The notes beneath the pieces were generated by a model, which did not search any database, was not told the DNA's origin, and saw nothing but the letters and a program-made list of their open reading frames with translations. A stretch of DNA of 64,000 nt from Octopus sinensis (lineage: Eukaryota), in contig NC_043001.1 of NCBI RefSeq assembly GCF_006345805.1, forward strand, positions 58,094,001 to 58,158,000. Direction: 5' to 3'. A program made the position numbers and the translations under genes. Shown piece after piece: positions 49,781 through 63,329 of the stretch; positions within the stretch are counted from its first letter, which is position 1; each line of letters begins with the position of its first letter.

Positions 49781-51299
49781 AGAGAGAGAGAGAGAGAGAT
49801 AAGAAGAAATTTTCTGTGAGCGATGAAAAGTGGAACGGCTATTGGGTGGAGGCTGTAGATTTACCTGGGTTCCAAGGATTCTTTCCCATCCCAGTTACAA
49901 AAAAGAAAACGGTTTTATAATATGGTGGGAAAGAATAAAAGTGGCGAATCTAGTCGAGTAAACGGTTCTTCATGAAGGTAACATGGACGCCTATTGGAGT
50001 CGTAAGATTGAATGTTATGTAAGCCTCCTTGAGGAATGCGAAGCCGCAGTCTGGAAAGTGGAGCAATTTCCAAAGTCGTATGTAGAGGATTTCTTGGACA
50101 CAGAGTGAGGCCACTGTCGTTATCGTTAGGTGTAACTCATCGTAAATTCCTACCACCATGAACGATACCCAAATTACAATGGAAAAGGCCAGCCACTGGA
50201 TTTTGTTAAAAAGAAACGACGACATATGGCTAGAAGTATATGAAGTTATATTTGATAACCAGTTTATCTAGAAAGCGAGGCCTCATTTCAGTGATGGGGG
50301 GCCGGTGCGCAGTGCTGCAGTCGAGAGGAAGGCCCCGAAATGGTGCGCATTCTCTCCCGATGACCCCATACACTAGGTGGTTTCCGGTATACTGAGCTCT
50401 CGACTAGCAGCACTTGCAAAGTATGCACACACGCGCGCACGCACACACATATATATGTATACATGTATGTATATATGGCGGGGATGTCAGTGTTACATGG
50501 AAAATGGAGTCTAGATACAACTGACACACCATATATTTACATAAATAAAGTTCGATTTAACATAAGAATATTGGACATCTATCGCTTAATTGCGCTTCAT
50601 TGTATTTTATTCCAGTTTGAAGCTACCGTGTAAGAAGTGTATGCATCTATGCATTTAGATATAAAAAGTATATGTATGTACAGAAATATATGAATATCTA
50701 CATGCACACATATGTTCGAATATATCTAAATTACGTTTTTATATAACCAAATGAAATCTATAAAAAGCACGTAAGTGTGTGGGAATTTGAAATAAATGAT
50801 ATACGATCCTAAAATATGAATAAAACAAAAGTAAAATATGTGCATTTTTTATTATTTTTTTTTTCAGTCTGAAATTATTCTGTCAGAAATAGCTGGAAAT
50901 TATAAGGCAAAATGTAAAATATATTTAAAAAGAGAGAAAAGAAAATTGCACGACTATCTAAAACTTCAGTAGCTAAACATTCAAATCATTTGAAAATTAT
51001 TTTGAAATTAAACGGTAAAAATAACCAAGGTAATTTTTGTTTCTATTCTATCTAATTGAAAATTATACAGAGGCAATACGTAGTGAAACTAAGCAATTTT
51101 GATAAGTATATTTAATAAATCAGATAATAACAAAATAGCACTTTATTTCGGTCTCTAATAAACCAGACTTTTTTGTAGTAATGTTTCTTATATCCTGTTC
51201 GTCGGATTTCATTCCAATCTAGAAGGTATAAACATACTTATAAATTAACACACCTAATGGACTGAGCACAATGCCACAGAGAAAGAGATCTACGTTCGC

Positions 51300-53000
51300 A
51301 TCGATGGCTGCTAAACATGGAACAAGTTGTATTGATATGGTCAGTTCTGTTGTTCTCAGAAATATATGTAACTTGATGTTAATGTATCAGGTGTAATCGT
51401 ATTAATAAAAAATAATTGGAAGTAGAAGAAATTAATTTTGTTCGTATTTGTGGCAAATAATTCCTATATCTCTGGACATGTTCTGTATTGTCATGACTGC
51501 ATGAATAACCTTATCTAAGTCTGCTAAAATTGTATTAGGTCTGGGTTATATATGTGTGCGATTAGCTGGTAGCTAGAACTGGTTGAGAATAGTTCTAGAA
51601 TAAGAGAATTTTGTAGACGATGTTCGATATTTTCGATGGGTTAAGAACTTGGATATTTTTGTTCTTTTGCGTTTTAGTTGAAATATTGAAACAAATGTCA
51701 TGAATTAAATCATAATAGAGGAAGACAATTAATACCGAAACCTTAGGAAGAGTTCAAAATCATTTTCAGTGTCATTGGCAGTTGAAGTAAAAATTATTCC
51801 TATAACCTTGACCATAGAACAAAGCTTATTGGACTGTGTTTATAAAACATTGTTCATGCACATTTAAACGGTGGCCCTCACTCAAATGATATTGTTTACA
51901 TAATGGTATTCATAATACACTGTTCAATAACCTAAATCATATAAAATCGAATGTTTCGACTATAAATCATTGCTTAAGGAACACAGTATGGTTTCATATA
52001 GTGAAGTTTATAGAATTTTGTCCTTAGATCCCAGTTTATCTAACGCTGTCCAGATACCATTCTTCGTAGAATAATTATTATACAATAGTGTTCCTTAAAA
52101 AATTGCTAGCTAAATTGTGTTCCAAGAACATTGTTCGTAAACATTTGAACTTAAAGCGTAAGGAAATGATCTATGACACAAGTTTACAGCGCTGCCAATA
52201 CACATAATACTAAGAGGTCTACCTATATAGAACATTACTTATCACACTCTCATACAGCCTTGTTCTGAAAACCTTAGCGAATTGAACATATAAAAGATAG
52301 TCTTAGTTAATAAGAAACTTGCAGTTCAGAATTAAGTGCATTGAGAAAATTATATCATTTATGCAAACTACTTCGTTTGAAGGTACATTTTTAGAGTCAG
52401 ATTCATATGTCGGTCATTGAGTTTAACTATAATGAAATAGAATTAATAGAGCTAGACATTTCCAGAATAGCAATATCAATGCGGAACTGTGTTTATTTCT
52501 CAGTGAAAAAGTGACTCAAGTTGTGTTAATCTATAATATTTAAAGGTATTTGTGTAGCCTTTATTTAGATTTGTTTCAAATAGTTATGTTGAGATTTGTG
52601 TTAAGGAATACTGTTTAAAAACTCTAGATATTAAAGTTGGAAAGATAACGAGAATATGGATACTTAAGAAAAAGAAATTCGTTTAGTTCGGTAGTAAGAA
52701 TAGCAGAGTTGTGGAATCATGCGTCAATAATATAAAATCTTAACCAAGAATTTTAATAAAATTAAATAGAAAATTTAAATCTAAATGAAGACGTTTTGCT
52801 GTGCAATATTTAAAAAAAATAAAATTTGATAATATCTGATGAAACAAAATGATCATACAATTCTGGTCCTAGAAAATCATCAACTGATAATTATGTTACG
52901 AAAAGTAATCTTTAAGGAAAACAAATAAGATAAAATCCTTGAATTGTCATATTTTTTTAAAACACAGATACTTGGAGAAAATTATTCTAATCCAAAAAAG
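51300..53000 (+). pseudogene. Long decayed LRR-array remnant
   Basis: DIFDGLRT (51626), TFKRWPSLK*YCLHNGI..LFNNLNHIK (51860), KHLNLKRKEM, EVYLYRTLLITL, IELIELDISRIAI, CLKTLDIKVGKITRI and IENLNLNEDVLLCN. Many stops. Confidence 0.45.
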
Positions 53001-53539
53001 TGTCATCTTAAAACAAACCATTATCAGTTGAACTGAAATACTTCAAACTAGAGATTAGAAAAAAGACGAAAACAAACGATGGAAATTTAATTCATACCCT
53101 CACTCGCACTTTACCGATAAAATCACGAATAAAACCAGGAAAATAACGTCATAATGTTCTTCGAAAATATTGATAACTCTCTCCGTCATTTCTCAAGTTG
53201 CAATTTAGTCCAAGGAGGCCGAATAATAGTAACATTTATATAAGAGAAGAAAATAGTGAAAATGTTTAAAACTACGTTCATAAAGGATAGCATCGCATAA
53301 AGATAAAAATGAATGTTTTAAGAGGTTTGTACTTTACCCTTGTTATTACTTGCAAACAGAAAGGAAACAATACTTAAATCTGTGCTTAAAGGTATTTCGT
53401 TTTATTGATTTTTTTTCAAATTATTTCTTAGAAGTGCTTATGGATGTCGAATTTAAAGTTTCAAGCTCACACCTGCGTTATTTCATCTTCACTTGGTCTA
53501 TGCTATTTATACTATTACTGCAATAATGAAACTCGTTTA

Positions 53540-53680
53540 TTGTAGTAGTAGTAGTATAGTAGTAGTAGTAGTAGTAGTAGTAGCAGCAGCAGCTGCAGCA
53601 AAAGCAGGAGGAGCAGTAGAAGCAGCAGCAGCCGCAACAAAAACAACAACAAATATTACAGCAACAGCTGCAACAATAAC
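53540..53680. repeat. Compound (TAG)n-(CAG)n-(CAA)n trinucleotide repeat
   Basis: Direct inspection. Confidence 0.9.
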
Positions 53681-54049
53681 ATATCTAAACTTGCTTCCCT
53701 GAACAAATTAGATGCTACCCTGGCTCACTTATCTCATATTTCTCTTCTTTTCCAGCAGTCTTTATTGGTTTTTCAGCTATCTCAGTTCAACGCCGAGAGA
53801 TATATAGGAGAATGATGGCTTCCTGAAATTTCCATTCCGATGGAAGTATTCTAAAAATCATAAAACATGCCTTTGCTCACATTTGCATTCAGATGTCATG
53901 ATACTCCTCACTCGATTGTATTTGCTACAAAAAATTACGAGAATGTTAGGGCACACAACAATTAGTATATTTTTGTGAACCCAACGAAGTTTGTTAATTA
54001 TATAACACAGCTAAATCACTAAAATGCATCGTCCAGTCAATACACATAA

Positions 54050-54933
54050 CTGAGTACCGAAAAGAAACCGGAATTTTGCAATATTATTTTATTTCATTTT
54101 GGCTTACATGTTTCCAATATTACCACCTTCAAACCCTGCTCCATTTCAAGCAATGCATCGGACCAGACGTGTTCGACACAGTGCTGAAACTCTTGCAAAG
54201 TGATGCCTTTTAACGCATCCGTCGTTTTTTCTTCACCTCTTCCACATCTGCAAATTCCGTAGCACCAACTTTCGTCATAAGTCATGTCCTTCCAAAGAAG
54301 GATCAGATCAATTTCCAGCTGTTTTTTCAGCTCACGACATGGATTCAGTCGTGACTGCTTTTAAACTTTCGCGAGCAAGTGAGGCGTAAATTGTGGTGCA
54401 ACATTTTACATTTGTATTTCCTTGCTCAAAATCTGTTTGCAGGAGCTCCAGGACACATCAGTCATATTACCAAGTTCGTCAATTCTTCAGTGATGGTCTT
54501 CCACGATCAGTTCGTGATGTTTTCTTTCATTTGGGAGGTCGAGAGACGCCCTGAACGAAGTTTGTCTTCAAGCTACAAGTGACCATTACTAAGCATTAAA
54601 GCACATTTAAACTTGTGTTTTGCTCATGCAGCGTCTTTATAAGATGTTATAAGCACGGAAACTCTTTCGGCCGCCGTTTTTCTTACAACAAAACATAATT
54701 TCACGGAAGAAAGCTGCTCCTTCTTTGCACCCATCCATCTCCAAAATCGATGAACAGAAGAGAAGTACTACAAAGCAAAGGCGCACAACGTAGCAGCACG
54801 GTTCACAGGATGCCACTGGTCGGCATGCTGATGTCTGAGGGTCGTATCAAGTTGCTCCTAATGGTGAAAGCCTGAACTACGAAAGGCCTGTCCCACAGAG
54901 AACGTGTCCGGTTCCTTGTGGGTACCCCTCGTA
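54050..54933 (-). mobile_element. Internally deleted mariner element with both TIRs
   Basis: TIRs gagtaccgaaaagaaaccggaa (54052) and ccggttccttgtgggtacccctcgta (to 54933). Minus-strand LGKTAAET, LEDKLRSGR and FADVEEVKKKTTDALKGI...EFQHC. Confidence 0.8.
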
Positions 54934-55079
54934 TACATGTTTTCAGTAATATTTCCAATGAAATTATTCTATGTAGCTGCCTTTAGCGTTGATAACTGCT
55001 TCAATGCGGGATTGGAATCGTTTACATACCCGTATTAAAAAAATCCTTATACCTTGCTGTCAGCTCCTGAAAATTGGTG

Positions 55080-55700
55080 CTCTTCAGTGAAGCTCGTAAA
55101 TGAGGATTTCGATTACTCTCCCTTTATTCTACACTTCAAACCTCGTAGTATATCTGGTGAGTCGTGAGGTGACAAATTTTCTCATTACAGGATGGTAAAT
55201 ATTACTGAATCTCCATTCTTCTGTCACGCAGAGTTCGTGAGAAGGTGCAGCCTTCTTGACATAGTAATGGCCTTCCACTACATACTTCATCCAGATAAGG
55301 CTGTAACTATTTCTAGCAACGCAACGTATTCAGCAGCATAATTCTAAGACACTGATTAATGATGTATGGTGGAATGACAATACATCTTTTACTCACCACT
55401 AGTAATACCATCGCAGTTTCTGGACACTTACTGAATATCAAGTGAAATGTCCATGGCCATCTAACATTTTTTTTTTTGCCTGTTATTGGCCTCCATTCCA
55501 ATTTTTCTTATCAGATGAGAACCAAAATAGTCCATGATCATGAGGGTTTAAATAGCGTTAAGCTTCAGCCTGAAACGAATCAAATCGTTTTCCTGTGATT
55601 TAGTGGCAGGAATTCGTCTCTCCCTACTTCATAAAACGTATATCGAATAACCTACTGCATTACATTTCTCATAATTTACTCGGAAACGTAAAGTTCTTCG
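55080..55700 (-). mobile_element. Tc1/mariner (maT/DD37D-like) transposase remnant
   Basis: Minus-strand KCPETAMVLLVVS...IPPYIINQCLR and a following GRPY/AP.H-like stretch resemble the KFPxxVMVxGxVS...PPxFF..GLR..QQDxAPxH order. Confidence 0.5.
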
Positions 55701-55919
55701 GTAATGGCTCACATCGTTTTCTCGGGATCTTTAATGCGATGTCAATATGTTGACAGAAATTTTAGAATATTTTTGAGTTTGACACAATTCAAAAAGTGTT
55801 GCCAGAGGCTTCCAATTTCATCCTAACGTTGTATACATAACTCTTGCTACATTACAAAAGCTATAATCTCTAAATCGTTGATGTTTCGCGCATATGGTAC
55901 CATTAGTTACACGGTTTTT

Positions 55920-56280
55920 TCTCATTTAGCATTTTGCCAGTCATGGGGTATCTGAAAGAAATATACATCTTTTAATTGCTTTGAAGAGAATAATAAAGAT
56001 AATTGTTTGTACTCACTTAACCCCCGCACACTATATGCTCTACAGCATCTAGAGCCCTGTGTGCAACCCTGGAAATACACAAGAATATATCTCAATGGAA
56101 ATATATAATCGAATAGTCTAATGGCATTGCTCAGGGAGGAAACACAGCCGTACATACCAGTAAATACAGATACGCCAGTTTCTCTAGAGTCTCCTCAATT
56201 TTAAGCTGTGCTACTTTTTCCTTGGTTTTTCTTCTCAGCTCAGATCCCACACAACGCAAATATGTTCAAAGAAACCCAAG
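55920..56280 (-). mobile_element. L1-like ORF2 start fragment
   Basis: YSVRGLSEYKQLSLLFSSKQLKDVYFFQIPH resembles the APE N-terminus NVRGL...K...D+.FLQETH. Confidence 0.45.
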
Positions 56281-56599
56281 TCATTAGCGGCCATATTTTT
56301 CGCTGCCTTTTCTAACATTCTACGTTTTCAAAGACATCAATAGATGATTACAGAAAAACATCGCAATGATAACTGAAAATCTACTAATTATAAAACCATT
56401 TATTCTAATATGGGAAAACAGGCGGTACTTTCTCCCTGCAATCACACAACAAGCTTGTATTATCGTTCTCAATTTAATCAAAACCGTTTATAAAAGATAA
56501 TACCAGATTCACTATAGGCGTAAATACCAGTATAACCGCTGCTGGAATACTTTCGACAGTTGATCTTTAATAAAGAATAGAAATAAGAACACTAACATT

Positions 56600-57150
56600 T
56601 GCTGTAACAAAATGCACGCCTCAACATAATTTATCAACACTTCAATCAACGTAAATTTTGTCATTCTTCTGCATAAGGCCAACGCGATGCAGCAGTTTTA
56701 TCCTGTGAAATCAGTGTGGCCCAATGTGTTACAGAATTAAGTTATTTGATCAGAGAAAGGTGCACGTGAGCACTATATACAATAATTTCTTTCTTTCATA
56801 TCTACTAAGTGTCAGAAGTTTATAATATACACGTGTATCCATCAGGAAAATTTCAGAATAGATCAGCTTCAAAATAGGCGAAAATACTGGCCCTTTGATT
56901 TACAGGTAAAATATATTCGATGCAACTTCACAGCATGTCTGTCCATGAAGAATAACTTCTATGGATTAATTGATGAAAAGAGAAGTCAACACAGTGTTAA
57001 ATTTCTGTGAAAAAACGACATTTATTTCATATCGCATAATATATTATGCAATTTATGCAATAGATTCAGTGCCCATCCATTTCTTCAGATAATATTTAAA
57101 TAGATTCAACTTATTAATTATAAGTTGATTGTGATTCAAATTATAATGTA
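56600..57150 (+). pseudogene. Possible decayed TIR-domain remnant
   Basis: RDAAVLSCEISVAQCVTELSYLIRE and TCIHQENFRID loosely follow TIR box 1 (YDAFVSY...WV..EL...LE) and box 2 (LCIHxRDFxxG). Confidence 0.25.
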
Positions 57151-57511
57151 CGAAAAAGAGAACCAGCGCTAAATTTATTCCAGGACTGCATAACTTTGTA
57201 TGTAATGTCAAATGACTCTCTTTTGTTCACCGAAACGTACGTTACATTGGTTTCACCTCACTTCTCCTCAATTAAAATTATTGTTGTTCAGTTTGTGAGG
57301 ATAATAATATATCTATTTGTTATACATATCTTGATCTGAGGAATTAAAAGGATGTATTCAAACATCATGTGAGACAAGTTTCCGCATGAAGTGTTACTGG
57401 TGTAATCGCATGTATATTAAGTATCCACTCAATTACACACACACACATACACACATATGCACGTACAATCACACACACACACACATAAATGTGTGTATGA
57501 TGTCTAATATA

Positions 57512-58799
57512 TCAGGGTATCCCATAAGTTCTGTCCGATTTTACCTTTTTTTTAAATTGAATGAAATTTTATAGTATTTTAGAATGTCTAATGGAATTTA
57601 AAATTCTTTTTATGCATTTGTTTACATTTAAACTAATGGAAATATAATTTTACAGAATAGAATAAAAAATTCTTTGATGAAAATCCTTTCTAACATAGAA
57701 GTATCCAAAGAGAATTTGAGGCACATAATGCTTTATGAGTATAAAAAAAGGAAACTTTGCAGCCGAAGCGACCCGAAACATACATTCAGTTTACGGGAAA
57801 TATCGCTTGAATGAAAGAACTTGCAATAGATAATTTGCAAAATTCAGACGCGGAGAATTCAGCCTTCAAAAGGAAAATCGAACAGGACGTCCATTTGAAT
57901 TTGATGTTAAGCTCCTTGAGGCATTACTTGAAGAAAATCCTGCATTATCAGTTGAAGAATTGACAATAAAGCTTAGTTTAAACTATACAACTGTTCATTG
58001 TCATCTTCAACAACTTGCAAAGATTCCTAAACTTGGAAAATGTGTCCTTTATGAATTGTCCGAAAGCAACCGCAAATCCCGAGTTGACATCTACTCTTCT
58101 CTCCATTCTCTTGAGCTCATGTCATCCTTTTTGCATAGAATTGTGACTGGTGACGAAAACTGGATCTTCTTTCGAAGTGTTAAATGTCGTGAACACTGGC
58201 TTGATAAAAGGGAAAAAGCTCAACCACAACCGAGAAAGGAACTTCATGGGAAAAAAGTTTCTTCTCTCTATTTTAGTGGGATTGCAAAGAGGTAATTCAC
58301 TTTGAATTGTTACCACCAAATGCAACAATCAATGATCAAGTCTACTGTCAGTAATTAGAGCGTTTGAACCAAGCTTTGAAGAAAAAAGAGCCGCTATAGT
58401 GAATTGAAAAGGAGTGATGCTTCATCAGGACAATGTGCGACCCACACTGCAAAGATCACATCCCAAAAGATCGAAGAGCTAGTTTGGGGAAAAATTCCTC
58501 ATCCATCCTTATTTTCTTGACCTTGCTCCTTCAGACTACCATTTGTTTCGTAGTTTACAGAATCATTAGAGGGACATAACGTTTGCAAGCCAGGAGGAGA
58601 TCGAAATTGACATTTCAGAGTTCTTCGCTTTGAAAACAAAATAGTTTTACATCGATGGGATTAAAATGCTTGTAAATAGATGGAAGGAAGTCATAGATAA
58701 TCAGGCAAAGTATATTGATGATTAAATGTCAATTAAATATAACATATGATCACTTGTTTTCTTTATTCAAAATTTGGACAGAACTTATGGATGACCTGA
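57512..58799 (+). mobile_element. Full-length (1288 bp) mariner DD34D element, inactivated
   Basis: TA TSDs (57510-11, 58800-01), TIRs tcagggtatcccataagttctgtcc / ggacagaacttatggatgacctga, VTGDENW, HQDNVRPH and SDYHLFRSLQ. After correcting two frameshifts there are 34 residues between the 2nd and 3rd Asp. Confidence 0.93.
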
Positions 58800-58949
58800 T
58801 ATAATAAAAGGTAAAGTGACATCAGTCAGTCACATTGTGATTACAGAGGGAACTCTTTCACAACTCAACTCGGTAAACTAGATATGCAATCTTATAGTTA
58901 CTTACCAATTTTACATGAATATACATACACACACACACACACACACGCC

Positions 58950-59042
<93 letters not shown>

Positions 59043-60758
59043 ATACGTATTACTGTCTACCATTAACATTCACTACGATTTTAATATGTATGATACAAAT
59101 AAGTAAAAGTAAATGCAGCAAGCCTCTGAGATTATTCCTAATAATGGTTTCAAAATTTGGCAAAATGCCAGCAATTTCGGATAGGCATGTGAGTCAGTTA
59201 CATCGACCCCAGTCGTCAACGGGCACTTCTGTGATCGACCCCGAAAATAGGACAGCAATGGTGCCCTCGACAGAATTTGAACTCAGACCGCAAGATGGAA
59301 GAAGTGCCGCTAACCATTTTGCCTGTCGTCCTGTCGTCACCGCCAGTTTGCCGCCTTTATAAAGCACTATAGTTTTTTTGTAATGTATTATTGCTGGAGA
59401 CGTTCTCTCGTGGATGTAGCAGATCTTCAAAACTCTGGTGTGTTTCACTTCTGTCCGCGTCTTGAATTGAAACACTTTGACGACTTCAGGAAGCAAATAA
59501 ACCCAAGGGATACCTTCATGTTTAAGATGTTATAGGGAAGAAATAACGGGCAAGTGTTGAGCACTAAATGTGTGAGCGTGGACTAAATGCGAAACAGGAG
59601 AAAAATGGTCGAATAAGCCTTATTGCAAGTGAAAGGCAACCAACTACCTCGGAAGAGCGGAAAATACTCCAGCAACAATACAAATAGCTGGTATACAAGG
59701 CAGTACCTCTGTGTATTTGTGTGCGCGCGCGAAAAAGAGAGAGAGTTTATCAGTGGGCGTATATAATTTTCAAATTTGATTCAAATCACAAATCGAAACG
59801 TCTCAACATATCGAGTTTCTAAAATCTCAGCCACTTCCAAAAATATTGGAATATAGAGAAATATTTCCAGCAGTACAACAAATTTTATTCCTATCTAGCT
59901 GTGATCATACCTTGTACAATTTTACAAAATAAGAACTTTTAAAATATTTACAATTTCAACCTCCTATTACAATTTTGTGATAAAATTCTGCTGAAAAATA
60001 TTTTCTCAAAAGATATTTAATAAAGATCAAATAAATTGTGTTACTAAATATTTCCGAATTTTTCAATATATTTAAAATTAATTGAAACCCATAGGCTAGT
60101 TTGTATCACGAAAAATGTTTTAAAATGCTACTAAAATATCTGTTGCTCGTCTTAATTTATCATGCAATTTAGGAAATGATGTGGGCTTTTAATCTAAAAT
60201 CGCATCACATCTCTTGCTTTTAATAGCCAATCCCAATGAGAATAACATGCAAGGAATCCGTATAAGAAAAAGTAAAGTAGTTTAAATAGATAGAAAGCAT
60301 TACATATTCAATGCAATGTATAACTTAAGGGCTAATAACGGTTTCTTTAAAAGTATCTGAAGTATTATGGTACATATACCAGAATATCTATTGCAGTTTG
60401 GCAGTGTGATTAAATATTGACAATGTTTAATAAAAAATTCAGAAGAAACAGTAGGAAAGAAGTGAAAGATTTTTCGATACTTGAGATGTATTAAATAACA
60501 TGTAAAACTGAAATGAGAGCAAAGTATAATTTTTTCATGTATTTTGCTGCACAGATATTCAATTTATGTACATATGTTAACAGTCAAAATATCCTAGTGA
60601 CAATTTAACATCAATAGAATGTTCAGATACACGCGCACGCACACGATTACATACATGTATAGAAACATATTCTTGTACATAAAAGTTGTGCGCAGCTTAT
60701 ACTAGTATGGGAGAGTATAATACTATAAAATATGTATATGTCTATCTATCTACCTGGC

Positions 60759-60826
<68 letters not shown>

Positions 60827-61169
60827 TATATATATATATATATATATATTCACGTACATATATTGTGTTGCGTCTGGAGAGAGTCATTCTCTTTTACTTC
60901 CTTATTGTTCAACACACTCACCGGTTTAGCTTCCACTCATTTACTTACTGATTATTTCTAAAATTATCGTTGGGTCTTGCACCTTTATCAGTAGTTATTG
61001 GGCTGCTATGTAGATATATATGTTAGTGTGTGTATGTATGTGTATATGTGTATATATGGATATGTATATGTACATGCATACGTATGAAAGTAAATGGATA
61101 TGAATGTAAGCAGACAGACATACATACATGCACATATACACACAAGCATATGCAAATGAAAGTCTATAT

Positions 61170-61348
61170 TTGAGAGATTAGGAATTATGTACATTATTTA
61201 TATTTGACGGATATTTGTCCTTATCTTGTTTGTTGTTGACACAACTTTTAAGATGATATACTTTCCAGCCTACGGACTTATGGCGCGAGCTACTAACCTC
61301 AAGGTCCCGAGTTCGATTCCAGTGACCTGAATAATAATAATAATAATA

Positions 61349-61400
<52 letters not shown>

Positions 61401-61565
61401 TAATAATAGTAATAATAATAATAATAATAACAACATCAAAAAATACCCAGGGTCGAAATTTCCCCAGAAAAACTGAAGAAGGCTGGAGAGTATATCAGCC
61501 GAAATATTGTGTTAACAACAAACAAGATGAGGATGAATATCCGTTAAATGTAAATAATGTAAATA
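61170..61565. mobile_element. Second, partly deleted copy of the foldback tRNA-head/hammerhead element
   Basis: Same inverted termini as 5878-6550, B box gagttcgattcc (about 61308-61320), (AAT)n, and CTGAAGA-aGGCTG..CAGCC-GAAA at 61473-61504. Confidence 0.85.
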
Positions 61566-61736
61566 TATACACAAATGAAGACTGAAGCACGTGAACATAC
61601 ATACACACCTCACTTTACAAAAGACACATATGGAGACAGAGGTACACACCCACAAGCAAACACCAACCAATGCGCGCGCGCAAAAACGAACACACAAATA
61701 CATGAATATGCAGAACAGATACATACAAACGTATAC

Positions 61737-61790
<54 letters not shown>

Positions 61791-62059
61791 GCATACACAC
61801 ATACATACGTACATATATACATACGTGTGTATGTGCAAGCAAACTGACCTACACACATGCGCATTATAAAGAAACAACAAATTGCAGCTCGGATAACGGT
61901 CAGTGTCAACGACTATTGAAAATGCAGCACGATAAATAAATGATTAGAAACTAAATGGTGAGTGTGTTAAATAAGAATGCGTTAAAAGATAATGACCCTC
62001 CCACTCACAAGAAAATATGCTTCAACGCACACACACACACGCACACTTATATGTGCAAT

Positions 62060-62220
62060 TGTGGCTGTGTAGTAAGAACCTTGCTTCGCAGTCACCTCTG
62101 TTCCAGATGTGTCCCACTGCGTGTCACCATCGCCGAGTTTCTTCTACTTTTGCTTCAGGTTTTTCAAAGCCTTGTGAATGTATTTGGTAGACGGAAACTG
62201 AAAGAAGACCGTAGAAGATT
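62060..62220 (+). mobile_element. tRNA-derived SINE, 5' part
   Basis: tggctgtgtagtaagaacc...gtcccactgcgtg...tttggtagacggaaactgaaagaag. Confidence 0.75.
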
Positions 62221-62523
62221 AGATTAGAAAGACGAAGCCATTCACTAAGTAAATTGTTTGAGGTGATCATAGATGCGCGACGGCCACGCGCACGCACTTG
62301 ACCAGGAACTTCTCCACTGCAGTTAAAGAATTAAGACGTGCAGTCTTGATGAAGCTGGTTGCAGCGAGTTGCAGGGATCCATCCGACCGAGTCATTCCTT
62401 GGTGGCTTGAGACAACCCTCTTCCGCTTGCTCCGCCGTTGGGGTTTTGATGTTGGTGTTTGGTAGTGTTTACTTTGGGATATCATCCTCGATCTTGAGGC
62501 CATGGTTTGCCCTACCGAGAGTC

Positions 62524-62580
<57 letters not shown>

Positions 62581-62595
62581 AAATAATAATAATAG

Positions 62596-63235
62596 TATTT
62601 TATAAGCTTAAAGTTTATAAGCGATCACCGCGCAAATGACTAAAGAAAATACTATTAGACTAATAGGGCATATAAGCAGCCGACAGAAAAGAGTGGGCTT
62701 TTCCCGTATATGCGGGACTCGAATTCCCACTCCTTTTTTTCTCGCGACAAATGTGCTAACCATTTACACCAACGCACAACCTGTATCATTCCGTCAGGTT
62801 TAAGAACTATAATTATTTCGTAGTGTTGTTTTTGCGAGAAGTGCGCTTTACAAACAGATGTGGGTTCGAGTCCCACGCATCTGGGAAAATGTACTTTTTT
62901 CCGTAGAGGGCATATATGTCCCATTATTAGACTATAAGCTTTAGCCTTATAAAATATAATTATTATTATCTACAAAATTGTAAAATTCGGCGCTGCTTAC
63001 AACCCCCTCCCCCAATAAAAATCGCAGTAAAAGCACATGAATGTTTGTTTATAAAACCGCACTGTGAACTAATTATAATTCATAAATGTGACGGAAAGAA
63101 GCAGTTTGTTCGTTTGTGTAAGTGGCTAGCACACTTATCAAGAAAACAAGGGGTGTGGAATTGGATCACACGCGTACAGAAAAACCTACTTTCTTTACGT
63201 CGAGGGCTTATATGCTCCATTATTAGACTTTTTTT
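62596..63235. mobile_element. MITE-like foldback with outward-facing tRNA-like arms, plus a third adjacent unit
   Basis: TIR-like tattttataagc.taaag (62596) / ctttagccttataaaata (to about 62956). Minus arm A box tggtgtaaatggttagcac and B box gaattcgagtccc; plus arm gggttcgagtccc (62864). The unit at 63040-63235 is an inverted copy of 62655-62850. Confidence 0.7.
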
Positions 63236-63329
63236 CTTTAGCCATTTATGCGGTGATTGTTATAAGATTGTCCGTCAAGGATACTGGCTACTGTTCATAT
63301 CAGATTTTCTCCTATTTGGAATTCACACA

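Noticed and set aside
49840-50420. GC-richer segment with minus-strand ORFs (49950-50225, 50288-50527), possibly a LINE 3' region
   Set aside because: No diagnostic motif recognised, so it cannot be assigned without a search.
53493-53702. Poly-Val/poly-Ala/Thr ORF
   Set aside because: It is a compound trinucleotide repeat with no non-repetitive coding support.
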